64,000 nucleotides of DNA from Candidatus Latescibacterota bacterium (GTDB lineage: Bacteria > Latescibacterota > UBA2968). The notes below the pieces were generated by a model, which was not told where the DNA came from, did no database searches, and worked only from the letters and a program-made list of their open reading frames with translations. The DNA is taken from the NCBI GenBank assembly GCA_965204745.1, contig OZ242010.1, forward strand, positions 320,001 through 384,000, given 5' to 3'. Below are positions 30,610 to 41,157 of the stretch, piece after piece (position 1 is the first letter of the stretch; each line of letters opens with the position of its first letter). The translations under genes were made by a program, and so were the position numbers.

Positions 30610-31500
30610 TTAAAATTTCGCGCAACTCAATGCGGTCAACCGCACTTTTTGTTCCACCAGCATCCGCTCGCGTTCGCGGCGAAACTCGGTGTAATACCGC
30701 TCGCGTTCACCTGCAATTTGGTAATCCAACCGCTTTGCGCCCAGCGCGTTCAGCACGACCTTTTCGACCAGCGAAAAATCCTCTAGGTCCTCGCGGTTGA
30801 AATTCATCGGCTCTTTGAACGCCACTGGCGGATTGGTGATAAATCGCGGGCGGCCCGAGGGATTGGGCGCGGCAGAGTGCAACATGTACGGATGAATGAG
30901 ATACACATCGCCCGCCCTGCCAGTCGCCTCGACAAACACCTCGCACCCTTCGATCTGTTTTCCAAAGGTGCCGGGTGCCAACCCTTCGGGATGGTCGTAC
31001 AAAAACTTCGCAACCCTTGGGACGGACTCCGGCGCGAGATACGTGCCGCCACTATTGGGCAACACATCGTCCCAAACGACCACAGTCAACAGCCCTTGTT
31101 CGGGGCTGTCCAAAAAATGTCGAAAAAAATTCCCATCCTTGTGCCACCCTCCGCGGTTGGCTGATGGCGTCCAAGGATCATCCGCGTCCTTGTGAAAGTT
31201 GATGATAAACCCATCGCCCCACGAGGGTTCGCCCTGAACGCGATCTGCGCCGCCCATCACATCGCAAATCCCGCCCCATGCTTTGGGCGCGAGCTCGGCA
31301 ACGGCCCGCCGATTCATCGACGGCATGTGAATGCGATCTGCTTCCCAAGTGCTCGGATCATCCCGATCATAGCCCAAGCGCGTGTACGCCAAATCCAGCC
31401 AGTCCTGAACCTCCGCCTTCTCAAAACACCCCTCCAACTTCACGTACCCCTGCGCGACAAAATGCGCGGCCTGCGCGTCTGTCAAAACGTGATACGCCAC
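30610..31500 (-). CDS. PhyH-like Fe(II)/2-oxoglutarate dioxygenase
   Basis: FVAQGY, WHKD, GGT, GDVYLIHPYMLH. Confidence 0.8.
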   Translation of the reverse strand: MAYHVLTDAQAAHFVAQGYVKLEGCFEKAEVQDWLDLAYTRLGYDRDDPSTWEADRIHMPSMNRRAVAELAPKAWGGICDVMGGADRVQGEPSWGDGFIINFHKDADDPWTPSANRGGWHKDGNFFRHFLDSPEQGLLTVVVWDDVLPNSGGTYLAPESVPRVAKFLYDHPEGLAPGTFGKQIEGCEVFVEATGRAGDVYLIHPYMLHSAAPNPSGRPRFITNPPVAFKEPMNFNREDLEDFSLVEKVVLNALGAKRLDYQIAGERERYYTEFRRERERMLVEQKVRLTALSCAKF

Positions 31501-31562
31501 ATTCCCCTCCTATGGAAAACCGTCATGACGAGATTTCGACTCCGCTATGACAGCGCGCCGAC

Positions 31563-32480
31563 TTACTCCACGGCCAAATGCTCGAAAAAGAACGCCAACA
31601 TCGCTCGATTTAACCCGCCCGGCGGTGGCGACCCCATCTTCGACAAATACAACGCTGCCTCGATGCCCATCTCATCGCACCGCTCTTTAATCGCGATGGC
31701 GTGATTGGGATGGTGAACGAAATGACCGCGATTTTCAGGCGTGCCGCCCTTTTGACTGCAATACAAAAACACGGGGGGATCGTCTCGTGTAATCAACCCG
31801 CGCATATCCACGTCTGCCAAAATTCGTTGGCCCTCTTCCGTCTCGAGATCGTCGTACTTCTCCAAGCCGTAAAACGCGACATCGCGGGGATAAAATTTGT
31901 CAGCGGCCGTGCCGAGCACAGACGCCCATTGCGTAATATCGTAGGAAAACTGCCCATTGCGCGACCCTGCAGCCACGAGGCGCGAGGATTGGCGAAGCAC
32001 GGGATCGTCGCTGTTGGGATCGGCCAAATCATCGTGAAATGCCAGCCACAGCGAAGTCCCCGCGCCGGCAGAACCGCCATAAGACGCGATGCGCTTGGGA
32101 TCGACATGCCACGCTTCGGCATTGTATCGAATAAACTGAACGGCCCGCGCCGCATCGCGCAAGATATGTTGGATGGGCGCGGCGGCTCGGAACCGATAAT
32201 TGATCGCCGCAAACGAAACGCCCTTTGCCAAACACGAATCGACAATCGCATTTTTGCGAATGCCCTTTTTATCGCCATTGACGAACCCGCCCCCGTGAAT
32301 ATAAATCAAAACGGGTACTGGCGCGTCCGACTCTGCCCGCCAAAAGTCCAGCACATTGCGTTCATGCGGGCCATACGCCACATTCTCCAGCGTGGGCAAC
32401 GTCTGCTCTACTTCCTGAGCGCGCACACTGCCCACCAGCGCGATCAACACAACGCCCAAAATCCATTTTCCAACGCGCAT
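31563..32480 (-). CDS. Exported alpha/beta hydrolase (HSL-type esterase)
   Basis: Signal peptide, HGGGF, GGSAG nucleophile motif. Confidence 0.88.
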   Translation of the reverse strand: MRVGKWILGVVLIALVGSVRAQEVEQTLPTLENVAYGPHERNVLDFWRAESDAPVPVLIYIHGGGFVNGDKKGIRKNAIVDSCLAKGVSFAAINYRFRAAAPIQHILRDAARAVQFIRYNAEAWHVDPKRIASYGGSAGAGTSLWLAFHDDLADPNSDDPVLRQSSRLVAAGSRNGQFSYDITQWASVLGTAADKFYPRDVAFYGLEKYDDLETEEGQRILADVDMRGLITRDDPPVFLYCSQKGGTPENRGHFVHHPNHAIAIKERCDEMGIEAALYLSKMGSPPPGGLNRAMLAFFFEHLAVE

Positions 32481-32639
32481 ACCAATGACCTCCTATCGTT
32501 TTTTCTGGATACCGCTCGTCCCAAGTCTGCCACCGAATGCGGCATCTGATCGCTACAATGTCAATATAATGCCAAAGCACATCCGCGGCTTGCTGAATCT
32601 GATCCTCGCGCACCGCCTTGTAGCTCGCCCCGCAAACAC

Positions 32640-32677
32640 AAAAAACTCGAGTGCCCAAAAGCACCCGAGTTTTTTTG
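32640..32677. terminator. Probable intrinsic terminator
   Basis: AAAAACTCGAGTGC..GCACCCGAGTTTTTTT hairpin downstream of the DUF1501 gene. Confidence 0.65.
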
Positions 32678-32694
32678 CGTGACGAATCGCGCCT

Positions 32695-33981
32695 TTACGC
32701 CATCACCTTAAACCGCTCGCCCTTCCAACCGGGGAACATCGCGCTATCCTTTGCCCGATCAATATGCAGATGCTTGCCGGCCACATCGGCAAAGACAGAG
32801 CGGAAATCGGTCGTCACGGGCAAATCGCGCCGATCTTCGAGCGCGTCTTTCACCAACTTCTCGGGCACCGTGCCGTGGACCTTGCCACCGTCCACTTGAT
32901 TGCCCAAGACGAACAAACACGACCCGCGGCCGTGATCTGTGCCCATCGAACCGTTCTGATGCACTGTGCGGCCAAATTCGGTCATGGTCATCAGCACCAC
33001 GTCGTCTTGATGCGTGCCCAGATCCGTCCAGAAAGCCGCGATGGCTTGCGACAATTCCGTCGCCTTATTCGAGAAAGAACCCGAGGTCGTGCCCTGTTGC
33101 ACATGCGTATCCCAGCCGCCCGTCTCGGTGAACGCCACCTCGAGGCCCACATCGGACTTGATGAGCATGGCGATCTGCTGCATCCGACGCCCCAATGACG
33201 TCAGATTGCCCGAGGCATTTGTGGGATACTCCGCGCCATTGGCGGGTTCGTAATTTCTCAAATTCGTTTTTTCCAACATCTCGATGGCTTCAAAGCTCTC
33301 ATGGCTCACCCGCTGAACCAAGCGTTTGGCACTTCGGGCGTACATGTGCTCAAACCCTTCCTCGAGCTGTTCGGCAACCTGGTGATTGCCCGGCACCTGA
33401 ATGCCAAAGGAACGCAGATCATCCACGGCGATTGCGGGAAGATCTCCGTAAAATGCGCGCGGCAGTGCCCGCGTCAGCGCGACCGACCGAAACGGCGTGC
33501 CCTCGTGCCCGAGCAGGCCCACTGCGCGATTGAGCCACCCGGACCGCGTGCCTTTCACACCGGGCGTGCCCGTCTCCATATAATCTTGGGCATCGAAGTG
33601 CGACCGCGTCTTATTGGGAGAACCAACGCCGTGAACAACGGCCAAGCGGCCTTCCTTGTACAGCGGCGCGAGGTCCGCAAACGAGGGGTGCAGTGCAAAG
33701 CGACCATCCAGATCCGTCAACTCATTTTTCGGATCGTTCAAGCGCATAAACAAATTGGGGCGCGCCTCGGCCAGCGCGGGATCGTTAAACGGCGTCACCG
33801 CCATCAACCCATCCATCGCGCCGCGCTGGAAAATCGTCACCAGCACTTTGCGGCGGCTATGCGCCAGCGGATTGTTCGCAGCATCCGCAGCACGGCTCAA
33901 AAACAGCGGCGTGCCGCCAAACGACAGGGAAAACAAGGCCAACCCACTGCCCTTCATAAAGGCCCTTCGCGTCCATTCCAT
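32695..33981 (-). CDS. DUF1501 domain protein (Tat signal)
   Basis: TRRAF Tat motif, RGAMDGL, RSHFDAQ, GWDTH, TEFGR, GTDHG. Confidence 0.92.
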   Translation of the reverse strand: MEWTRRAFMKGSGLALFSLSFGGTPLFLSRAADAANNPLAHSRRKVLVTIFQRGAMDGLMAVTPFNDPALAEARPNLFMRLNDPKNELTDLDGRFALHPSFADLAPLYKEGRLAVVHGVGSPNKTRSHFDAQDYMETGTPGVKGTRSGWLNRAVGLLGHEGTPFRSVALTRALPRAFYGDLPAIAVDDLRSFGIQVPGNHQVAEQLEEGFEHMYARSAKRLVQRVSHESFEAIEMLEKTNLRNYEPANGAEYPTNASGNLTSLGRRMQQIAMLIKSDVGLEVAFTETGGWDTHVQQGTTSGSFSNKATELSQAIAAFWTDLGTHQDDVVLMTMTEFGRTVHQNGSMGTDHGRGSCLFVLGNQVDGGKVHGTVPEKLVKDALEDRRDLPVTTDFRSVFADVAGKHLHIDRAKDSAMFPGWKGERFKVMA

Positions 33982-34008
33982 AACAGCCTCCTTTGTGAGA
34001 ATCGACTC

Positions 34009-35799
34009 TTATCGGTATTGAAATTCCGGCGATCCGATCAACATACTGACCACCTGAATATCTTTGCGCTTCACGTCTTTGGGAATCACGTCTTTGATCT
34101 CGGCGGCGATGGCACTCGTATCTTGCGCCGGCAACAACAACTTGCCGTAAACCGCCAAGGCGCGTTCTGTGGAATCCCAAGCTCTGTCTTTGGGCAATCG
34201 CTTCAGCACGATCCCGTTAATGCGCCCCGTGGCCAGATGGATGCCAAAGTTCATGCGCGCGACCAGCGTGCCCGAATTTGTCCACGATTCGGCATAGTCG
34301 GGATAACCCGTGGGCGGCACATAGCCGTAAAGCGGTTCGCCCATGCGATCAAACCAGCGCATCATCGGCTGGGGATTTTTCACATCGGCTTCCAATGCGC
34401 GGAGAGAACTGATCACCAATTCAAATGGCGATTTCATCTTGCTGCGCGTTTTGGCCTCGGCCCAAAATGCACGCGATTGCGCCAAGGTCGCCATCACCGC
34501 GGCCAAATCGCCATCGGTTTTGGAAAATGTTTCGGCCATCGCATCGACCAAACCCGCGGGCGGTTCGTCATTGACGAATCGCCGTGCCAACTTGGTGGAA
34601 ATAAACCGCGCAGTTGACGGGTGTGCAGACAGCATATCCAAGACGCGCTCGCCTTCTTCTATGCCGCCACCTGCCGGAAATTCCTCACCCAAGACCACTT
34701 TGGCTTTTGAATCGTGCCACCCCTTGCGAAACAGAAATTCCCCGTCTCGAATGAGGTTTTTACTGCCGTTTGCGATTTGCCTCTCGACATTTTTCCGCCC
34801 ATTCCCGTAGGGCATCGTGCCCCAGCCGGTCAACACGCGCGCAACTTCGGTGACGTCTTTCTGCGTGTACCCCCCATCCACGCCCAGGGTGTGCAACTCC
34901 ATCAATTCGCGGGCGTAGTTCTCGTTCAACCCGTACTTGCGCTTGGGCCTTGCAGGGGCCTTCGCCTTTTCAGGCGCAGGGGCTTTCGCCATGCTCTCGC
35001 CGGACATCATCCCACCGTCCATCCCGCCATCCATGCCCATCTCGCCATCCATGCTTTTTGCCGTTGCTTGTTGCTTGGGCTGATTCTTTGGCGGAGGGGG
35101 TGCCATGCGCGACTGCGCGTTGTCCAAATAGTACAACATCGCGGGATGCTTGGCCGTCGTGCCCAAAATGGTGCGGAACTCGCCCAGCACATAAGGGCGA
35201 ATCGCATCGCGCTCATAAGAGAGCACCCGAGGGCGCGCGCCGCCATCGCGCGTCGTCACATTGAAGTGATTAAACCAGAAATCCGTGAGCACTTCCGCGA
35301 GTTGGTTTTCGCTATAAACCGCCCGCATCACTTTCTGCCCGCGCAACTCCTGATTGGAAATCATGCCATAAGGTCGCAACCCGTGTTCCTTGCGATACGC
35401 CGCCATCTTTTGATTCATCTCTTTGCGCGGCGTGTTCGCAGGATCTAGCACCCCTTCTCTTTTCATTCTGTTGCGGAGGCGCCCATTTTGGAGATAGACC
35501 TCGTTCATTTTTGCCAGCGTCATTTCCAGCGCGGGAAATGCTTTCAGGCGTTTGGCGATCTCTTCGTCCGGCAAATTGCCCGCCAACTGCTGCGCCAACC
35601 ACTTCTCGGGCCCCATCTGGGCCACCTTCTCCACTTCGCCCGGCCGCGGGCCAAAGGCAAAGCGTTCCAACAAATACGCCGCGGCTTGCTCTTTGCTCAA
35701 CCCTTCCTCCGCATAGGGCAACTTCAACTTGCTGGCATCAGCCGCCCCAGCGAGCAAAGCACCGCAGCACAACACAGCCAGTACAACGCGAACCACCAT
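34009..35799 (-). CDS. DUF1800 domain protein
   Basis: FWFNHFNV, YLDN, NENYARELMELHTLG, SPEFQ; paired with DUF1501. Confidence 0.92.
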   Translation of the reverse strand: MVVRVVLAVLCCGALLAGAADASKLKLPYAEEGLSKEQAAAYLLERFAFGPRPGEVEKVAQMGPEKWLAQQLAGNLPDEEIAKRLKAFPALEMTLAKMNEVYLQNGRLRNRMKREGVLDPANTPRKEMNQKMAAYRKEHGLRPYGMISNQELRGQKVMRAVYSENQLAEVLTDFWFNHFNVTTRDGGARPRVLSYERDAIRPYVLGEFRTILGTTAKHPAMLYYLDNAQSRMAPPPPKNQPKQQATAKSMDGEMGMDGGMDGGMMSGESMAKAPAPEKAKAPARPKRKYGLNENYARELMELHTLGVDGGYTQKDVTEVARVLTGWGTMPYGNGRKNVERQIANGSKNLIRDGEFLFRKGWHDSKAKVVLGEEFPAGGGIEEGERVLDMLSAHPSTARFISTKLARRFVNDEPPAGLVDAMAETFSKTDGDLAAVMATLAQSRAFWAEAKTRSKMKSPFELVISSLRALEADVKNPQPMMRWFDRMGEPLYGYVPPTGYPDYAESWTNSGTLVARMNFGIHLATGRINGIVLKRLPKDRAWDSTERALAVYGKLLLPAQDTSAIAAEIKDVIPKDVKRKDIQVVSMLIGSPEFQYR

Positions 35800-35895
35800 A
35801 GCAAACCTCCTTACGAAATGTTCCCCAAAGGGAACGGCCCTTGTTGATTACAACCCTTAATGTACGCCATAATACCTTGTAACGCAACCAAAAAA

Positions 35896-37218
35896 TTAGA
35901 ACAAATTTGCGGGAACGGGCTTCACGACAGTCGAGTCAACCCCAAAACCCGCCAGTTCCTGGGGATTCAGCGGGGCTTGCCTGTACTCCAAAACATAAGA
36001 CCCGCCCCCCTGCGTCAGATTCATCGTCAAAATATCGCCCGCCTTGCTGAACGACACATCGTTCGCCCCGACATCGGTCAGGCTCATCCCATCCGGGGAC
36101 CCGCCGCGCAACGTGCCCGTCAGCACCGGCAACCCATTTTGAATCACGTACCCCGCGCGCTGGTTGAAAAACCGGGTTTCATCTGCATGCGTGGCAAACT
36201 CAATCGGCGTGCTAAACGTGATCTCCACCAACCCATCCTCGATGATCACGCCATTCTCGATCAGCGGATCGATCACCCCAGCGGCCGACACATGGCCCGG
36301 GGGCTTGCGGTGGCGAGGGCTACGCCGCTCCAAAACCGGCATCCACTGCAAATCGAGCGCGGCTGGAATGCTCGGGAAAGGCGCCTCGGGATCCATCCAG
36401 GTGCCATTGAGGTGGGCGTCTATCAATCCCCATGTGCCAGAGGGCGGTCGCGCTTGGTTTTCCAGTTCTGCGACCACCTCGGCAGGTGGCTCGTACATGG
36501 CAAAGCGCACGCCTTGCCCATCTTGCACCCACATCGTCATGCGATATTTCTGCGGGTATTCCCACGGCCATGGGCTATTAAAATAAATCGCGGTTCGGTT
36601 GTTGCGATTTTCAAACGAGCGATTGTCCGGCCTTTGATCGTTGGTGATGGTCATGCGAACGTTCCCGTTGCTCAACACCGTCACATTGCTATTGGCATCG
36701 GCGTCGGTCAGCAGGCGCACCAACGTATTCGGCTCGTTCAATGCCTCGGACGCATTCGGTGGCCTGCGCCGCGTCAGGGGGGCCAAATTATTTCCATTCT
36801 CACCGACCAGCGGCAACCTGGGGCCGGCCTCCCAAAGATAAAACGCGCCCAGGGCCAAGCGGATGCGCTCCACATTATTTTGTGCGTACTCAATGCGGAG
36901 TTGGTCGCGCGTACCCCGCGCCGTGCGCGAATAATGCCGCACGGTCTTCTCATACGTCACCGACGCCATGGGCGGCGCGGTCAGCGGTGGATTGTACACA
37001 AACACAAGCGTGCCGTAATCCGAGGCCGCTGCTGTGAAAATCACATGCCGGGGCGTGCCCTGCGGCGGATTGGCAACGTCAACCGGGCTACCGTCTCTCA
37101 TACCGGAGATCAACCGATAGCTCCCGCGCCACTCTTCTGCGGGCTGAACCGGGATGTCTCGGCTACACCCCATCGCGCCCAACAGGCCAATAAATGAAAA
37201 AAATAAAACCTTCCGCAT
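35896..37218 (-). CDS. Hypothetical lipoprotein
   Basis: Lipobox AMGC, AGGAGG RBS, last gene of the TonB cassette. Confidence 0.7.
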   Translation of the reverse strand: MRKVLFFSFIGLLGAMGCSRDIPVQPAEEWRGSYRLISGMRDGSPVDVANPPQGTPRHVIFTAAASDYGTLVFVYNPPLTAPPMASVTYEKTVRHYSRTARGTRDQLRIEYAQNNVERIRLALGAFYLWEAGPRLPLVGENGNNLAPLTRRRPPNASEALNEPNTLVRLLTDADANSNVTVLSNGNVRMTITNDQRPDNRSFENRNNRTAIYFNSPWPWEYPQKYRMTMWVQDGQGVRFAMYEPPAEVVAELENQARPPSGTWGLIDAHLNGTWMDPEAPFPSIPAALDLQWMPVLERRSPRHRKPPGHVSAAGVIDPLIENGVIIEDGLVEITFSTPIEFATHADETRFFNQRAGYVIQNGLPVLTGTLRGGSPDGMSLTDVGANDVSFSKAGDILTMNLTQGGGSYVLEYRQAPLNPQELAGFGVDSTVVKPVPANLF

Positions 37219-37310
37219 CTGTGATTCCTCCTATCTGACCCCTCCCTCGTCCCTTCCCTGCGTCAGGGAAGGGAGAAAGGGAAGTCTCACTTCGCCAAAC
37301 TGACAACTGC

Positions 37311-38333
37311 TTAAAACGTTCCCGAAAGGGTCAAGCGCAGCGGACGCTCTTGGATCTTTCCGCCGATGTCGCTATACGAAACATCCACGCTCAACTCGCG
37401 ATCTTCGCTCACATTCAAATTCAAGCCCGCGCCCACGCTCCAAGTCTCCACATCGTAGCGGAACTTGTACCCGGCGCGCAGGGCCAAGATATTCTGCAAC
37501 CACAACTCGCCGCCGACGTGATCGCGCTCCCCGTAATCCCGGTAGAACACATGCTCATACGCGGCGGTCAGGTACAGCGGGTCGCCTTCCTTCCCGATCA
37601 ATTCCATCGCGAGGGCGAGGTTGTAGAAAAACGGCAGGCGATAATCCTCGGTCAACACCTCCACATTGCCACCCAAGTTGCTGATGGTCATGCCCACGCG
37701 CAGACTTTTGAACCCGGTATAAAAAATCGTGCCAATGTCAAACGTCGTGGAACTCACATTGGTGACATCGTGGAGTTGCGACCGTGCGTATTGCAAGCGA
37801 AACCCCATGGAAAACTTGTCGGTCAGTTGCTTGGCAAAGGCCACCCCAACGGCAAAATCCCCGAGTTGAATACTGCGGCCCGTGCCATTCGGCTGCAAGG
37901 GCTTGGTCTCTTCCACATCCGGATAGGTGAACGAGCGGAACGAGACGCCCACGACCCCCACCGGGATGCGATAGGCCAAACCCGCCGCGCCCATCCGCGT
38001 GCCCACCAACCACTGGTTGTAAGACGCCACATACCCGATGCGGTCGATATGCACCAACCCGGCGGCATTTTGGAAAATCGCGTGAATATCGCGGGATGTG
38101 CCCACATTGGCATCGGCCATGCCTGCCAAGCGCGCAGACGCGGACAATTTCAACAGCGTGAACCCACTGCGCGCAATGCGGTTGCCCTTGTCGCCTTCGG
38201 ACCGAAAATGCCCATCTGCTGCCACCGGCTCCAGATCCAAGGTTTCACTCGTGAGGGCTTGTGTTTCCTGCGCCATAGCACTTGTCGGGCAGAGAAAAAG
38301 CGCGATAACTGCCATCCAAATCAATCGTTTCAT
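37311..38333 (-). CDS. PorV/PorQ-family outer-membrane beta-barrel
   Basis: LKLSASARLAGMA...IFQNAAGL, LALRAGY, C-terminal Phe. Confidence 0.85.
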   Translation of the reverse strand: MKRLIWMAVIALFLCPTSAMAQETQALTSETLDLEPVAADGHFRSEGDKGNRIARSGFTLLKLSASARLAGMADANVGTSRDIHAIFQNAAGLVHIDRIGYVASYNQWLVGTRMGAAGLAYRIPVGVVGVSFRSFTYPDVEETKPLQPNGTGRSIQLGDFAVGVAFAKQLTDKFSMGFRLQYARSQLHDVTNVSSTTFDIGTIFYTGFKSLRVGMTISNLGGNVEVLTEDYRLPFFYNLALAMELIGKEGDPLYLTAAYEHVFYRDYGERDHVGGELWLQNILALRAGYKFRYDVETWSVGAGLNLNVSEDRELSVDVSYSDIGGKIQERPLRLTLSGTF

Positions 38334-38346
38334 TCTCAGCTCCTCG

Positions 38347-41091
38347 TTAATTGATAATGACGAACAGACCCTTTTGAATCTGCCCCATACTCTCGGGATG
38401 GTGCGACTCTATCGCCCAAATATAAGTACCGGCGTTGAGACGCCCGCGCGTATTGGCATTCAAGCCCACCGTGTGCGTATCCCATTCGATCTCGGCACGC
38501 GCCACCGGGTTGCCCCGCTGTGGATCGAGCGTATCAAAGGTCTGACGCCACGCCAAGTCCCCGCTGAGCGTGTAAATGTACAGCGTACACCGGCTCGGCA
38601 CGTTGACCCAACGAATGCGCGGCGCGCCATAGCTGTGCTCGTCCCTGCCCTGCACCCACGGATTGGGCACCACGCGAATGGGCAGTGCCATGCGTTCGTT
38701 TTCAGCATTGAGCAAGGCAGACGTCAAACGCGGCACGATGCCATCGGCCGGGAACAAGTACTGGTTGCGCTCGTCCGAGTGCCCGGTTTCCAAGCCCTGC
38801 TCGTCATAAGCGCGGATCGAGTAGTGGTGAATAAACCCGGGATCCGGCTCCGGGTCGATAAACGTGTACGTACCCCAGCGGAAAGGCCCATCGACTTCGG
38901 CCTCTGCGGGTTGCTCCTGGCCTTCTGCCCACGGCTCATTGAGAAAACTCACGCCGGCAGGCGCGCCCGAGGGCAACTGCCGGTTGCCTTCAGGCCCTTC
39001 GGCCTTGGGAACAGTCGCCAGCAACTTCCACGGCCCGGCCCGCACAAAATCGGACCGGTAAATCCGATACCCCACCACGTCGGGCCGACCCAGGTCCGGG
39101 TCAATCGCCGTATCGGCAACGCCCGACCAGTTCAGTTCGATATTGGAGGCCAAATTCGTGAACCCATTGACCTTCACATCCGGTGGTTGGTTGACCCCGT
39201 CAAACCCCAGGTCGTACAGCTTTTGCGCTTCGTTGGCGTGCGCGTAAATCGCTTCGAGACCCAATTCCAATTCATTGACCAAGCTCTGTTGTTGCCAGTT
39301 CCACTCGTAGGGCCGCGCATAGCCCCCGGTGTCTGCGCGATACTTGGCCGAGTTGGACGCCATCCCCGCCACGTACGCAATGACCACTTTGGCTTTGTCC
39401 CCAGGCCCCAGCGTGTACGGGCCATAAACCTGTGCATCGACCCACGCGCCCAATTCGTCATTGTCGTGGTACTGCACCATGCGGTCCGTATCGGTATCGC
39501 TGAGCGCGCCATCCGCATCGCTGTAATAGTCGAACAACTGGCTCTGACCGTGCGTGCCGCCGTGTGGATCATCGCCCAGTGCCGAAGAGTACATGCGCCA
39601 GCGGAACACCGCATGGGGTTGTGGGCCTTGTGGCAACTTGTAGCCCTGACCTGTATCCAGCGCATTAAACGGGTGATCCGCCGTGCCCGTGGCGATGGGC
39701 ATCATCCCGATGTACTGCGGAGACAACAGCGTGCCGTCTATGATATTGGCCGTCGAAACGTATTGGTGCTGTGCGCGAGAACGGGTATAGGGTTCGCCCA
39801 AATCGTTCCACAGTCGCGCAACCGCATCGCCGTCATACACGTACGTCAAGTGCATCGGCGCGCCCCGATAATTGAGGGCGTATTCCGGATGATCGTAATT
39901 TTCCGCCTGCGTATAACGCCAGTAATCGTCTTGCGTGGAGGGCTGAACAAAATCCCACGCATTCGAGTTCGACCCGCCAGCAGGCACCCACTCCGCGCCG
40001 GTCTTGCTGGTGATGAAGCCGTTTTTGACCACGATATAAACTTCGTCGAGTTGCTTGGGATACCCGGCATCGGCTTGGCCGTCGCCATCCGTATCGCCAT
40101 TGTTCCAAAACTCGATCTCCGTAAGCAAAAAGTCATCGTAGTCGCCCCGCGTCACAATCGACGACTGGCTACCATCCGGAGACGGCACCGGAATCATCAC
40201 GTCATTATCCGTACCCGGCGTGGAATACGCATGCACCATCCGCTTCACCGTAATGCCCGACGCCTGTGACCACCCGGTCACCAGCAAATTCTCGCTGAAC
40301 AACTCGGGCGACAAGCGCGGATGATTGGTCGGCACCCCATTTGACCGCATCTGGTTCAACCCGTTGCGAACGTTGGGGTAAGAAGACGTCAGCATCTCCC
40401 GAAACGCCTCTTTGTTCAGCGGGTAAAAACCAAAGCCCCAGTTGTAATAATCCATCGGTTCCACTTTGTCCGGCCCCGGTGGAAAACCGCGCTGCCCCAA
40501 GCCGCCATAGACGCTGACGGCGTACTGATATTCCACGGCCTCGCCATTCACGAAGTGGCTTTTGATCTTCATATTCCGCATGCGCGGCCAGTAAAGCGCG
40601 GCATTTTGCCCGTAATTGAACAGATTGAACGGACGACCACCAGACCGCCACACGGACCGCCAAATCGGCCCGATGCTCTCGACATTGTTGCGCGGGTTGT
40701 GCTGAATCGGGAAAATATCCGCCGAGGGTTTGCGCGGCCCACCCAGCGAGACGAACTTGCGCCCGTCGTCTGCGCGCGCCATCACCCACATGCCATTGCC
40801 CCGCGAATTGTCCTGCCGATTCACCCGATTCACAATGCCCGACCGGTACGTGGAGGTCCACCGCCCGGGATAGGACATGCCCACTTCAGGGCCAAAGATG
40901 TCACCCCCGTCCAGCGAGTGCCCCAGCGTGCCATTGTTCCGCATCGACAACCAGAGTTTCGCCCGGTTGGTCGTGCGGCGGCGCGTGCGTTGCTGGGCAT
41001 CAACATCGATGGCGTTCCACAATTCAGACGCCCCCCACAGCACCACAAACGCGAGCAACACCCGTACAAATCGCTTCCAAATCCGTTGCAT
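38347..41091 (-). CDS. Large exported protein with Fn3-like domain and T9SS-like C-terminal sorting domain
   Basis: Signal peptide; W...GYRIYRS...YSIRAYD Fn3-like segment; VVPNPW...IYTLSG...WD...AGTYIW...GLFVIIN CTD-like tail. Confidence 0.75.
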   Translation of the reverse strand: MQRIWKRFVRVLLAFVVLWGASELWNAIDVDAQQRTRRRTTNRAKLWLSMRNNGTLGHSLDGGDIFGPEVGMSYPGRWTSTYRSGIVNRVNRQDNSRGNGMWVMARADDGRKFVSLGGPRKPSADIFPIQHNPRNNVESIGPIWRSVWRSGGRPFNLFNYGQNAALYWPRMRNMKIKSHFVNGEAVEYQYAVSVYGGLGQRGFPPGPDKVEPMDYYNWGFGFYPLNKEAFREMLTSSYPNVRNGLNQMRSNGVPTNHPRLSPELFSENLLVTGWSQASGITVKRMVHAYSTPGTDNDVMIPVPSPDGSQSSIVTRGDYDDFLLTEIEFWNNGDTDGDGQADAGYPKQLDEVYIVVKNGFITSKTGAEWVPAGGSNSNAWDFVQPSTQDDYWRYTQAENYDHPEYALNYRGAPMHLTYVYDGDAVARLWNDLGEPYTRSRAQHQYVSTANIIDGTLLSPQYIGMMPIATGTADHPFNALDTGQGYKLPQGPQPHAVFRWRMYSSALGDDPHGGTHGQSQLFDYYSDADGALSDTDTDRMVQYHDNDELGAWVDAQVYGPYTLGPGDKAKVVIAYVAGMASNSAKYRADTGGYARPYEWNWQQQSLVNELELGLEAIYAHANEAQKLYDLGFDGVNQPPDVKVNGFTNLASNIELNWSGVADTAIDPDLGRPDVVGYRIYRSDFVRAGPWKLLATVPKAEGPEGNRQLPSGAPAGVSFLNEPWAEGQEQPAEAEVDGPFRWGTYTFIDPEPDPGFIHHYSIRAYDEQGLETGHSDERNQYLFPADGIVPRLTSALLNAENERMALPIRVVPNPWVQGRDEHSYGAPRIRWVNVPSRCTLYIYTLSGDLAWRQTFDTLDPQRGNPVARAEIEWDTHTVGLNANTRGRLNAGTYIWAIESHHPESMGQIQKGLFVIIN

Positions 41092-41157
41092 AAGTTAGCT
41101 CCTCATCAAGCTGCCCTAGTCCCCCTCCCCGCGTGCGGAGAGGGGTTAGGGGAGGGG

